A stretch of DNA of 64,000 nucleotides from Nitrosopumilus sp. (GTDB lineage Archaea > Thermoproteota > Nitrososphaeria > Nitrososphaerales > Nitrosopumilaceae): the NCBI GenBank assembly GCA_965224195.1, contig OZ245040.1:64001-128000 (forward strand), in the 5' to 3' direction. The notes below the pieces were generated by a model. The model did no database searches. It saw nothing but the letters and a program-made list of their open reading frames with translations, and had not been told where the DNA came from. The position numbers and the translations under genes are program-made. Positions 21,516-30,788 of this stretch are shown piece by piece. How positions within the stretch are numbered: the stretch's first letter is position 1; each line of letters starts with the position of its first letter.

Positions 21516-22282
21516 TTGCTACATTGGCACTCAGGCTCTATACATCCTGATTCATTCATGAAATTATTGGGTTATGCGAGAATCTATTTTGGATTACCAT
21601 TCAGACAAACAGAAAGGATGATTCGTGCATACTGCAATAGAATTCCTGCAGTCCCGGATTTTACATCAATTCACAGGAGAGTAAACAGGCTTGATATTCC
21701 AATTGATGATTCTACAAATAATTCTGAAAACGAAATCATTCTGGCAATAGACAGTACAGGAATCAAGGTTGCAAACAGAGGTGAATGGATGCGACAGAAA
21801 TGACACATGAGGAGAGGATTCTTGAAAATCCATGTTGGTGCAGATGTGAAATCAAAGAAAATAGTATCCACTGAAAATAACAGATGATACATCCCATGAT
21901 GCCTGCACATCTGCCAGAACTAGTACAACAGGCATTGTACAAAGGAAATGTAATCAAGGTTCTAGCTGATGGTGCATATGATTCAGAAAACAACTTTTCA
22001 TATCTGTACCACAACACAAATGCACTAACTGCAATCAAAGTTAGAAAGACATCATCTCTCAAAACAAAATGTTATCTGAGAAAGAAATCAGTTTTGGCTC
22101 AAATGTATAATTTGGATTTGTGGAAGCGCAGCGTTAGCTATGAGAATAGATGGATTGTAGAGTGTGTCTTTTCTATATTCAAAAGGATGTTTGGTGAGTA
22201 TGTCATGGCTCACAAAAGAAAATACATGGTAAAGGAATTAAAATTAAAAGTCGAGCTGTACAATCTGCTTGCAGGTGCTTGA
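21516..22282 (+). mobile_element. IS5-family DDE transposase pseudogene
   Basis: LPFRQTE, PDFTSIHRR, IDSTGIK..GEW, FLKIHVGAD, ADGAYD and RWIVECVFSIFKRMFGE; TGA at 21801 and frameshift(s) near 21870-21905; terminal repeats not seen. Confidence 0.85.
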
Positions 22283-22290
22283 TGGAATGA

Positions 22291-22527
22291 AATCAAAAAC
22301 TAGTTGGAAATGATTTGTTCGACAGAGTATTAAATGCAATAATTGGATTATTATCCGAATCTTTAATTTCACAAGATAAAATCTCTATTATTTCAGTATA
22401 CCAATCATTAGATCGTTCAGGATTAAATCCAAAAGATATTGGAACCATTTTTGGTAAATCAGGTGCTGATATTAGTTCAGCAATTAGTAAAGCCAAAAAA
22501 CAAAAAATAAAACCTAAGGAAAAATAA
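22291..22527 (+). CDS. Small HTH-like protein 1 (5' end probably clipped by the IS5)
   Basis: DRVLNAIIGLL...SGLNPKDIGTIFGKSGADISSAIS; frame open from 22291. Confidence 0.5.
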   Translation, partial: NQKLVGNDLFDRVLNAIIGLLSESLISQDKISIISVYQSLDRSGLNPKDIGTIFGKSGADISSAISKAKKQKIKPKEK

Positions 22528-22528
22528 T

Positions 22529-22693
22529 ATGACAAAAAATGAATTATTACCAAATAATGAAGTAACAAAAGACCTGTTAATCATACTTGCATTACAAAAT
22601 GGAGTTAGTCCTAAAGCAATAGAGATAGCTACCGGCATAGCTAAAAAAACTATCCGAAATAAATTCCCTATGAAACTAATCAAAGGTGAATAA
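22529..22693 (+). CDS. Small HTH-like protein 2 (54 aa)
   Basis: Manual translation MTKNELLPNNEVTKDLLIILALQNGVSPKAIEIATGIAKKTIRNKFPMKLIKGE. Confidence 0.55.
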   Translation: MTKNELLPNNEVTKDLLIILALQNGVSPKAIEIATGIAKKTIRNKFPMKLIKGE

Positions 22694-22695
22694 TC

Positions 22696-22974
22696 ATATC
22701 AAACGAAAATGATGTTTTAAACTCATTAAAAAATATAAAAAAGAAATTGGATGTTTTAATAAGAATTCAAAAATCAATAGCACCTAAATCAAAAATAAAT
22801 CCAGAAGAAGAAAAAATCTTAGTTTTTTGTAACTCTAAAAATATTATCAATAAAATTTCTAAACAAACCAAAAAAACTAAAAAATCTGTTGAAAGAATAT
22901 TAGAAAAATTGCGTGGTAAGGGAATTATCCAATCACTTAAAATCAAAGGAAGAACTGTACATTCTAAGGTGTAA
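22696..22974 (+). CDS. Small winged-helix protein 3
   Basis: Frame open from ATA 22696 (possibly a mutated ATG): LNSLKNIKKKLDVLI...ISKQTKKTKKSVERILEKLRGKGII. Confidence 0.55.
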   Translation: MSNENDVLNSLKNIKKKLDVLIRIQKSIAPKSKINPEEEKILVFCNSKNIINKISKQTKKTKKSVERILEKLRGKGIIQSLKIKGRTVHSKV

Positions 22975-22977
22975 ATT

Positions 22978-23142
22978 TTGGAAAAACAAGATGATATTAC
23001 AAAGGAATTAAATGCAATCAAAAAACTTCTGGTATTGCAATTATACAATCAAGTAATTCCTCTAGAAGCAATTGCAAAGGCTAGTGGAATGAGTACTGCA
23101 ACACTTTACAAATTTCTTCCTAAAAATCAGAAAAAATCTTAA
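22978..23142 (+). CDS. Small HTH-like protein 4 (54 aa)
   Basis: Manual translation from TTG: MEKQDDITKELNAIKKLLVLQLYNQVIPLEAIAKASGMSTATLYKFLPKNQKKS. Confidence 0.55.
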   Translation: MEKQDDITKELNAIKKLLVLQLYNQVIPLEAIAKASGMSTATLYKFLPKNQKKS

Positions 23143-23185
23143 ATAAAATCATAATAGGTAAATAAACCGCGTAAATCAGATTTTT

Positions 23186-23903
23186 ATGGTAAAAAAAACA
23201 ATTAGATGATAGAATTCTAGACCATCTAATTAAAAAATTACCAAAACTTAATCCACAATCTATCAATAATGCTATTTCTACAATTAAATCAAAATATGGA
23301 GTGACACTAAATGCAGCTGCTAAAGAATATGCACGAAAAAATAATGTAAAAGTTGATCGTTGGATTAGTAATGAAAATCTTAAAAGTTGGAAAGATATAC
23401 CTTCAGAACAAATTAGAACTAAAACTGTTGTAAAAATGATTAATTCTAAAAAATCAAAAACTGTGAAGGCGTATATCCATTATGATACTAAAAACAGATT
23501 TGTTATGGGACACGTTAAAGAATTGAATATTTGTTGTACCTATGGTGTATACACTGCTGCATTCATTTTGTGTAGAAAAATTATTGAAAATTTGCTTATT
23601 GATGATGTTATTTTAGTAAAATATCCAGAAAAAAAAGATAATATCCCTATCTATTTTGATCCTAGAAGAAACAGATCTAAAGATTTTTCTGAAATTTTAT
23701 TGAAATTACATGCTAAAAAAGATGATTTTGGACCTCAAAAACAAATTCTTGTTAGTTTATTGAGTAAAACAAAAGTATTCAAAGATGACGCAAACAATAA
23801 AACTCACAATACTTATAATTTAATTCGTAACCTCAAAGAATTAGATGTTGAAAATGTTCAAGATATCTTAGATATGATAGCCGATTTGAAATCTTCAACC
23901 TAA
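23186..23903 (+). pseudogene. HEPN/DUF4145-like protein, frameshifted in an A8 run just after the ATG
   Basis: YTAAFILCRKIIENLL and DDANNKTH resemble HEPN helices; ATG 23186 joins the 23301 ORF frame if A8 (23191-23198) were A7. Confidence 0.5.
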
Positions 23904-24014
23904 CTTTCTTAAAATATATATTTTAAAATTTCAATCTTTAATTCAGTTTGGTTATACTATCTATATAGAATAGAATAATCTTATTATACAATTTTCATCG
24001 AAGATAATCATCTA

Positions 24015-24830
24015 ATGTTTCCATTAAGAGATGAAAATCCACATCCTCCAGGATTCAAACCAAAAGTTACAATTGCGTTAATTATTGCAAACGTGATTGT
24101 GTTTTTTATGCAAGTAGGCATTACTGGACAATTTTTTGATTTTTCCATGGTTGATTATAATCAAGCAGGGGAAATAATCAAAATATATCCAGATACAATT
24201 GATATGTATTTCAATTGGGGTGCTGTTCCAAACTGTGTTACAGGTGCTAATGAATTAAATATTAATTTTGGTAGAGGTCCTGTTAGCATTTCATGTCCTA
24301 ATACACTGTACATATCTTTACTAACATCCATTTTCATGCATGGTGGCTTACTTCATCTTGGTGGAAATATTTGGTTCTTGTGGATATTTGGTGATAACAT
24401 TGAACAAAAGTTTGGTAAAGTGAAATATCTTGGAATTTATTTAATGTGGGGAATAGCTGCAGGACTAATTCACATACTGGGAGATCCTACTAGTGGGATT
24501 CCTGCAGTCGGAGCTTCTGGTGCAATTTCTGGAATACTAGGTGCATACTTGGTAATTTTCCCAAGAACAAGAATTCAGACTTTCATGATGCTTGGATTCT
24601 TTTGGAGAATGATGCACATACAGACTCGATGGTTCTTACCATTTTGGTTAGTTTTTCAAAATCTATTACCACTGTTTGTTGGAGGATTTGGTATTGCAGG
24701 TGGTGGTGTAGCATATCTTGCACACATTGGAGGGTTTGCAGTTGGTTTAGGAACTGGTTATATTTACAAAAGAATGCACAGTTCTGACTTTACGTATGGA
24801 ACAAGATACGGTTACAGACCAGATTATTGA
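24015..24830 (+). CDS. Rhomboid intramembrane serine protease
   Basis: FMHGGLLHLGGN, VGASGAISG and AYLAHIGGF. Confidence 0.92.
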   Translation: MFPLRDENPHPPGFKPKVTIALIIANVIVFFMQVGITGQFFDFSMVDYNQAGEIIKIYPDTIDMYFNWGAVPNCVTGANELNINFGRGPVSISCPNTLYISLLTSIFMHGGLLHLGGNIWFLWIFGDNIEQKFGKVKYLGIYLMWGIAAGLIHILGDPTSGIPAVGASGAISGILGAYLVIFPRTRIQTFMMLGFFWRMMHIQTRWFLPFWLVFQNLLPLFVGGFGIAGGGVAYLAHIGGFAVGLGTGYIYKRMHSSDFTYGTRYGYRPDY

Positions 24831-24863
24831 AAGAATAAATCCTTGAATCCATTTAAAATTTAC

Positions 24864-25040
24864 ATGCCTCTGATTACAGTGTCAATGTATCCTGGTAGAA
24901 CTCAGGAACAAAAAGACGAATATGCAAAAGCAATCACAAAATCAGCAGTTGATATTCTAAAAACAAAAAAAAGTCACGTTATTGTTGTTTTTGAAGACAA
25001 TCCTAAAGAAAATTGGTTTTTAGCAGGAAACCAACTTTAA
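24864..25040 (+). CDS. 4-oxalocrotonate tautomerase family protein
   Basis: M-P1 start PLITVSMYPGRTQEQK; ENWFLAG. Confidence 0.85.
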   Translation: MPLITVSMYPGRTQEQKDEYAKAITKSAVDILKTKKSHVIVVFEDNPKENWFLAGNQL

Positions 25041-25046
25041 TTATTT

Positions 25047-25169
25047 TTAAAAATATTTGACTGGAAAATATCCCTCCAGTCTAGGGTTGACATACACACT
25101 ATGATCGGTTTGTATTGTATACAATGAATTTGCATAAGAAGAAAATGGTACATTTCTGAGTTGTACCAC
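25047..25169 (-). CDS. Putative 40-aa small protein
   Basis: GTG start, MVQLRNVPFSSYANSLYTIQTDHSVYVNPRLEGYFPVKYF; fills the intergenic gap, with a TATA-like element upstream. Confidence 0.35.
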   Translation of the reverse strand: MVQLRNVPFSSYANSLYTIQTDHSVYVNPRLEGYFPVKYF

Positions 25170-25207
25170 AAGTTTATCCTTTTATTATAATACAATCAAT
25201 CAAATTT

Positions 25208-26014
25208 ATGAAAGTTGCAGTAGTTCAATTCACAGCTTCAACTAACAAAGAAGTTAATCTCAAAAAAATAGTTTCATTTATTTCAAAAGCTGCATCAAAA
25301 AATGCAACTTTATGTGCATTTCCAGAGTTTATGATGTTTTACACAAACTCATCACAAACTTCAAAACAATTAGCCGGTTTAGCTGAAACAATTAATGGGA
25401 ATTTTGTTAGCAGTATTGCAAAAGCTGCAAAAGAGAACAAAATTCAAGTCATAGGCTCATTTTATGAAAAGAGCAAAACAAAAGATCGAGTTTATGATAC
25501 TGCATTTGTTATTGATCATTCTGGTAAAGTAATCTCTACTTATCGTAAAATACATCTCTACGATGCATTAGGATTCAAAGAGTCAGACAAGATGAAATCA
25601 GGCTCAAAAATTGCAAAGCCCGTTAACACATCTATTGGAAAAATTGGCATAATGATATGTTATGACTTGAGATTCCCAGAGATGTCAAGATCACTTGCAG
25701 CTGCAGGTTCAGAAGTACTAGTAACACCATCTGCTTGGGTTAAAGGAAACATGAAAGAAGAGCACTGGATTACAATAAATAAAACACGTGCAATTGAAAA
25801 TGGATGTTATGTTGTTGCACCTGATCAAGTTGGAAATATTTACTGTGGACGAAGTTTAGTAGTTGATCCATATGGAAAAATATTACTTGACATGAAAAAG
25901 AAACAAGGAATTAGTTTTGTAAACATTGATTTGAACAAAGTAAAACAAACACGAAAAATTTTACCATTATTGAAAAATAGAAGAACAGACGTTTATCCTA
26001 CTTTGAAGGCTTAG
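25208..26014 (+). CDS. Carbon-nitrogen hydrolase (nitrilase/Nit family)
   Basis: FPE, YRKIHLYD, ICYDLRFPE and RAIEN. Confidence 0.92.
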   Translation: MKVAVVQFTASTNKEVNLKKIVSFISKAASKNATLCAFPEFMMFYTNSSQTSKQLAGLAETINGNFVSSIAKAAKENKIQVIGSFYEKSKTKDRVYDTAFVIDHSGKVISTYRKIHLYDALGFKESDKMKSGSKIAKPVNTSIGKIGIMICYDLRFPEMSRSLAAAGSEVLVTPSAWVKGNMKEEHWITINKTRAIENGCYVVAPDQVGNIYCGRSLVVDPYGKILLDMKKKQGISFVNIDLNKVKQTRKILPLLKNRRTDVYPTLKA

Positions 26015-26465
26015 TCTTTCTACTTTTACAATTAAAGTTACCACATTGTTTAGTCCATTTTTGATTTCTTGAATAACGAAAAATTATCATTGGCCATTTA
26101 CATACGTCACATGGAGTTTTCATTGCTCTCATTCTTGCTCTTTGTAATAACGGTGATGATGCTTTACATCCACCATAAAAATTAGAACAACCCATGAATC
26201 GTTTCCTTGTAGCTTTATTTTTAATTACCATCAACTCTCCAAGCTTGCATTCAGGACATGGTACTAGACCATTTTTTGGAGAATTTGTTCCAAGTATGAT
26301 ATACTTTCTCTCTTTTGAAGACCAAGAAAGAAACCCATTACTATCAAAATATTGAATAATTTCTTTTTTGAATATACTAGTTCTTGATTTTGTAATTTTT
26401 ACTACATGTCTCATTACAGGTTTTTTGATCTGTACAGTTTTGAGACTTGATTTTCTTCTTGGCAT
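25998..26465 (-). CDS. Topoisomerase-type C4 zinc-finger protein
   Basis: CPECKLGELM...RFMGCSNFYGGC, then CDVC and CGNFNC; start placed at MPRRK. Confidence 0.7.
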   Translation of the reverse strand: MPRRKSSLKTVQIKKPVMRHVVKITKSRTSIFKKEIIQYFDSNGFLSWSSKERKYIILGTNSPKNGLVPCPECKLGELMVIKNKATRKRFMGCSNFYGGCKASSPLLQRARMRAMKTPCDVCKWPMIIFRYSRNQKWTKQCGNFNCKSRKTKPSK

Positions 26466-26512
26466 TTTCTGTGATGAATTTACTAAAACGATTTTTATAG
26501 GGAAATGGGTCA

Positions 26513-27676
26513 GTGACATTTGTGGAAAAGGTTTGTGTTCTTGGCGCTGGTAGCACCAAATATGGAAAATTAAGTGAAAGTATTGCAGATATTACTACAC
26601 AGGCATCAGTTGCAGCCATAGAAAGTGCAGGAATTTCTCCAAAAGATATCAAAGCATCTTACATTTCAAACGTTTTTGGAGTTGCTGACAAACAAGTTCA
26701 CCTTGGTCCAGTATTGATGAGCCGATTAGGAATTCCCGATAAACCATCATTAACAATAGAATCCGCATGTGGAAGTGGTTCTGTATCTTTTAGAGAAGCC
26801 TATGCCAATGTTGCAGCAGGATTTTATGATTGTCTAGTTGTTACCGGTGTTGAAAAAGTAACTCACACAGGAACTGAATGGACTACCACTTACTTTGCAT
26901 ATTGTTCTGACTTTTTTTATGAAGGACAAGCAGGTGCATCATTTCCAGGTTTGTTTGCATCAATGGCAAGAGCTTACTTGACAGAATTTGATGTAACTGA
27001 AGAAGACTTTGCAGCAGTTGCAGTAAAGAATCACGATAACGGTGTTCTTAATCCTAAAGCTCACATGCAAAAGAAAATTACTATTGATGATGTAATGAAA
27101 TCACCAGTAGTTGCAAGTCCACTAAAACTTTATGATTGCTGTCCATTCTCTGATGGCGCAAGTTCTGTTATTCTTTGTTCTGAAAAGTTTGCAAAAGCAC
27201 ATGGTGGTGATTACATTGAAGTAACTGGTTCTGGCAGAGGTGGTTCACCTGCTGCATTACAAGGACGTGAACATATGACAACTATTCCTAGTACAAAGCT
27301 TGCAGCAGCAGATGCATACAAGATGGCAGGCATTACTGCAAAAGATGTTGACTTTGCAGAAGTACATGATTGTTTTACTATTGCAGAAGTAGTTGACACT
27401 GAAGACTTGGGATTCTTTGACAAAGGACAAGGTATTCAAGCTATTCGTGAAGGTAGAACAAAATTAAATTCTGACATTTCTATTAATTCATCAGGTGGTC
27501 TTAAATCAAAAGGACATCCAATTGGTGCAACAGGTGTTGGACAAGTAGTAGAAGTATTTGATCAACTAACTGGAAAAGCAGGTGCAAGAACTGTTAAAGA
27601 TGCAAAAATTGGTTTAACCCATAATTTTGGTGCAACTGGTGCAAGTTGTGCTGTTCATGTATTCCAAAGTGTGTAA
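26513..27676 (+). CDS. Thiolase (archaeal/SCP2-type acetyl-CoA C-acetyltransferase)
   Basis: ESACGSG, DCCPFSDGA, EVHDCF and KGHPIGATG. Confidence 0.92.
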   Translation: MTFVEKVCVLGAGSTKYGKLSESIADITTQASVAAIESAGISPKDIKASYISNVFGVADKQVHLGPVLMSRLGIPDKPSLTIESACGSGSVSFREAYANVAAGFYDCLVVTGVEKVTHTGTEWTTTYFAYCSDFFYEGQAGASFPGLFASMARAYLTEFDVTEEDFAAVAVKNHDNGVLNPKAHMQKKITIDDVMKSPVVASPLKLYDCCPFSDGASSVILCSEKFAKAHGGDYIEVTGSGRGGSPAALQGREHMTTIPSTKLAAADAYKMAGITAKDVDFAEVHDCFTIAEVVDTEDLGFFDKGQGIQAIREGRTKLNSDISINSSGGLKSKGHPIGATGVGQVVEVFDQLTGKAGARTVKDAKIGLTHNFGATGASCAVHVFQSV

Positions 27677-27677
27677 A

Positions 27678-28043
27678 ATGACTATTGAAGAACAACTTAT
27701 TGAATTTGCAAAACAAGGCAAACTTTTAACTCACAAATGTACTGAATGTGGATATCTTCATTTGTCTACAGCATATTATTGTCTAAAATGTGGTAGTAAG
27801 GGATTTGAGGATACTATTTTAGATGGTGTAGGCTCAATTGCCACTTATACTATAATCACAGTAGCTCCTGCAGGCTTTGAAAAATACACTCCGTATGCTT
27901 TTGTTGTTATGCAAGTAGATAATACAGATTTGAGAATTTCAGGATTTATGCCAGATATTGCAACTCCTGATGATCTCCCTGTTGGTATTAGAGCAAAAAT
28001 TGCTGGTTTTGATGAACGAGGAATACTCATCGAAAAACAGTAA
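27678..28043 (+). CDS. DUF35 Zn-ribbon/OB-fold thiolase partner
   Basis: CTECG...CLKCGS plus OB fold, directly after the thiolase. Confidence 0.85.
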   Translation: MTIEEQLIEFAKQGKLLTHKCTECGYLHLSTAYYCLKCGSKGFEDTILDGVGSIATYTIITVAPAGFEKYTPYAFVVMQVDNTDLRISGFMPDIATPDDLPVGIRAKIAGFDERGILIEKQ

Positions 28044-28113
28044 AATAATTTGCTTGAATTATTAAAAAAAATCAAAATCGTTTCTTAATTATTTTACATA
28101 TCTGATCTTATTC

Positions 28114-28275
28114 ATGTCAGTAGAAATTACATGTGGTAAATGTGGAGAAAAGATCACAAACATGAAGATGTTAAAATCTTTAAAAGATGTACTAAATCCA
28201 ACAAATGGAAAGTGTCCATCATGTGGACAGAAACTTTCTACATCAGAATTTTCACTCGATGTCCAAGAAAAATAA
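28114..28275 (+). CDS. Small zinc-ribbon protein (53 aa)
   Basis: Manual translation MSVEITCGKCGEKI...GKCPSCGQKLSTSEFSLDVQEK. Confidence 0.6.
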   Translation: MSVEITCGKCGEKITNMKMLKSLKDVLNPTNGKCPSCGQKLSTSEFSLDVQEK

Positions 28276-28387
28276 ACGAACTGATCTTCTTTAAAGATCT
28301 TTTTTATCTTTTCACGAATCTAATCAAAAACCGTAATAAATTATCTAGTCACAAGTCTTATTTACTGCATATAATTTAGGAACAACA

Positions 28388-30556
28388 GTGAAACAAACCG
28401 AAGAAGAATTAGACTTAGATGTTGGTACAGATCTAGATAATGATTCTGAATTGGGAATGGATCTAGATGACGATGTAAACGAATTTGATCCAAAAAGAGG
28501 CGGAATCTTACAATCTACCTCAAAACGTGTCAGAATGATCTTTTCTGTCATGGCCAGTCCAAATAGAATTGATATCCTCAGAATTCTAAATTCTAAAGGC
28601 CCGTTAACTTACTCTGAATTAAAATCCTTAGCTGGTTTCAAATCAAAAAAAGAAAGTGGAAAATTTGCATACCACTTGAGAAAATTACTTAGACAATCAC
28701 TTGTTGCATTAAACAAATCTGAAAGGCGTTACACTATTACAAATCTTGGAAAACTTGTTTTGAGTTTAGCAAGACAAATTGAAGAAAGATCAATTATTGA
28801 AAGCGGAAAAATGTATGTTAGAACATCTTCTGAATCAATTGAAGAATTCAACTCTCACAAAATTATTCAATCTCTAGTCCGTGAAGGAAGTCTTCCATTA
28901 GAACTAGCACAAAAAATTACTGAAGAAGTTGAAAATAGAATTTACAAATATCAAACAACCTATCTGACAGGTGCATTAATTCGAGAAATGGTCAATTCTG
29001 TACTTCTTGAACACGGTCATGAAGAATACAGGAACAAACTAGCACGCCTAGGACTACCTGTCTATGACGTTCAAGAGATGATTTCTAATTTGGATGATGT
29101 AGATAATGGTGCTGAGGGACTATTATTCAATGTTGGACAAAAGGTATTTGCTGAACGTCTTCTTACAAATGTTTTACCTAAAGATGTAGCAGATTCTCAT
29201 CTTTCTGGCGACTTACACATTTCAAATCCTGGAGTCTGGTCTATGATTCCTGATACAATATTTGTTAACATTAAAGAATTGATTGAAGATGGAGTTGATC
29301 TTGGAGGAAAATATCTTGATGTATCAAGAATTTCTACATCAAAACAACTAGATGAAATTACAAGTTCACTATCTGTAGTCATTGCTCTTCTATCAAAAGA
29401 AGCTTCACAAGAAATTGTTCTTGATGGTTTAGTTCCATTATTTGCAAAACATTCAAAATCTATTCCAGAACTTGAACAAAAACTAACTGATGCATTTGCA
29501 ACTTCATCAACAACTTCCAAATATAATAAAAATAGTACCAATGTTTCAATTCGTTTACAATTAGGAACTGATACAAAAATAATTACTGCAATTATCAATG
29601 CATACAAAAATTATACAAAGATTACTCCAATTCCAAAAATTGGTTTGATAATTGATGCTGATAAAGGAAAGATTACCGATGTATCCCTAGCAGTAGCTGA
29701 AATTCTTTCAATTGGTGGAAAAGTAATGTTTGCCAAAGGTCAAACATCTAGTTATGGTATAACTAATGGATCTACTAAGACATCTGGCCCTCTCTCAATT
29801 ACTTTACAATCAGTTTCAATTAATCTTCCAAGATTAGCATTTGAATCAAATAAAGATGAAACTTACTTTAGAGCAAGACTTGCTTTACTAATGAAACCAG
29901 CTTTGGCTTCTATGGCATTAAGAAAGAAAGAGATCTCTGATCTAACTAGAAGAGGACTTAATCCAATTTTAGCAAAGAACACCCAATACATGCAGAGAAG
30001 TTCTGTATCCCTTGTTGTAAATTTAGTAGGACTCAAGGAAGCAGTCTTTAACATACTTGGATTCCAAGATAATAAAGAAGGACGAGATATTCTTAACAAA
30101 GTTATAGATACTGCAGTTGACATTGGTGCCAAAAAAGGTAAGGAATTAGGCGACACAGTGGCTATTTCTATGACTGAAACTGAAGGTTCTGCCCGTTTTG
30201 CAACCCTAGATGGTGAAAAATATGGTAAGAATTCAAGCCTAAACTCTATGGATACTGATTACTATTCTCAAGGTATAGTGGTTAATGCTTCAGAAGTTTC
30301 TAATCTAACTGCAAAAAGTGAGGTTATCGCTGAGTGTAATAAACTCTCAAAGGCACTTAATGGCGGTCTCCTAGTAACATTACAAATTGACAAAGACGCT
30401 AAAGTCGTGGATATCAAAAAAGCAATAGAGAAAACATCTGCACTTACTGCTTCTTTCAAACCAATAAGACCAACTGCAATTTGTGGTGAATGTGGATTCA
30501 AGGATGAACCATTTGATGACAAATGTCCAAAGTGTAAGTCACCTTATGTTATCTGA
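28388..30556 (+). CDS. ArsR-type HTH + ATP-cone + class III RNR (NrdD)-like fusion protein
   Basis: NRIDILRIL...FAYHLRKL HTH; VRTSSESIEEFNSHKI ATP cone; DSHLSGDLHI and VSINLPRLA; ends in CGECG..CPKC with no glycyl-radical motif. Confidence 0.75.
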   Translation: MKQTEEELDLDVGTDLDNDSELGMDLDDDVNEFDPKRGGILQSTSKRVRMIFSVMASPNRIDILRILNSKGPLTYSELKSLAGFKSKKESGKFAYHLRKLLRQSLVALNKSERRYTITNLGKLVLSLARQIEERSIIESGKMYVRTSSESIEEFNSHKIIQSLVREGSLPLELAQKITEEVENRIYKYQTTYLTGALIREMVNSVLLEHGHEEYRNKLARLGLPVYDVQEMISNLDDVDNGAEGLLFNVGQKVFAERLLTNVLPKDVADSHLSGDLHISNPGVWSMIPDTIFVNIKELIEDGVDLGGKYLDVSRISTSKQLDEITSSLSVVIALLSKEASQEIVLDGLVPLFAKHSKSIPELEQKLTDAFATSSTTSKYNKNSTNVSIRLQLGTDTKIITAIINAYKNYTKITPIPKIGLIIDADKGKITDVSLAVAEILSIGGKVMFAKGQTSSYGITNGSTKTSGPLSITLQSVSINLPRLAFESNKDETYFRARLALLMKPALASMALRKKEISDLTRRGLNPILAKNTQYMQRSSVSLVVNLVGLKEAVFNILGFQDNKEGRDILNKVIDTAVDIGAKKGKELGDTVAISMTETEGSARFATLDGEKYGKNSSLNSMDTDYYSQGIVVNASEVSNLTAKSEVIAECNKLSKALNGGLLVTLQIDKDAKVVDIKKAIEKTSALTASFKPIRPTAICGECGFKDEPFDDKCPKCKSPYVI

Positions 30557-30788
30557 ATATCGTAAATGAAAAACTAGTTCCGATCATTTTTGAAAATTTT
30601 TGATCAGTTTCAGATGTCGCGATCATCGTTAACTACTAACAATGTTAAGAAGTATGGAGTTCATACTAACATCAAGCACCATTACGATACACATTGTACC
30701 GTTGTCAATTTTATTGAACTGAAGTTTTGAGAAAAACGGACAAATAGTTTATACCATCTACCATTCTAACCTCTGCGGGGAGATTATA

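Noticed and set aside
30557-30788. Cobalamin riboswitch upstream of nrdJ
   Set aside because: No B12-box or conserved core visible; only a short AGTATG/CATACT hairpin.
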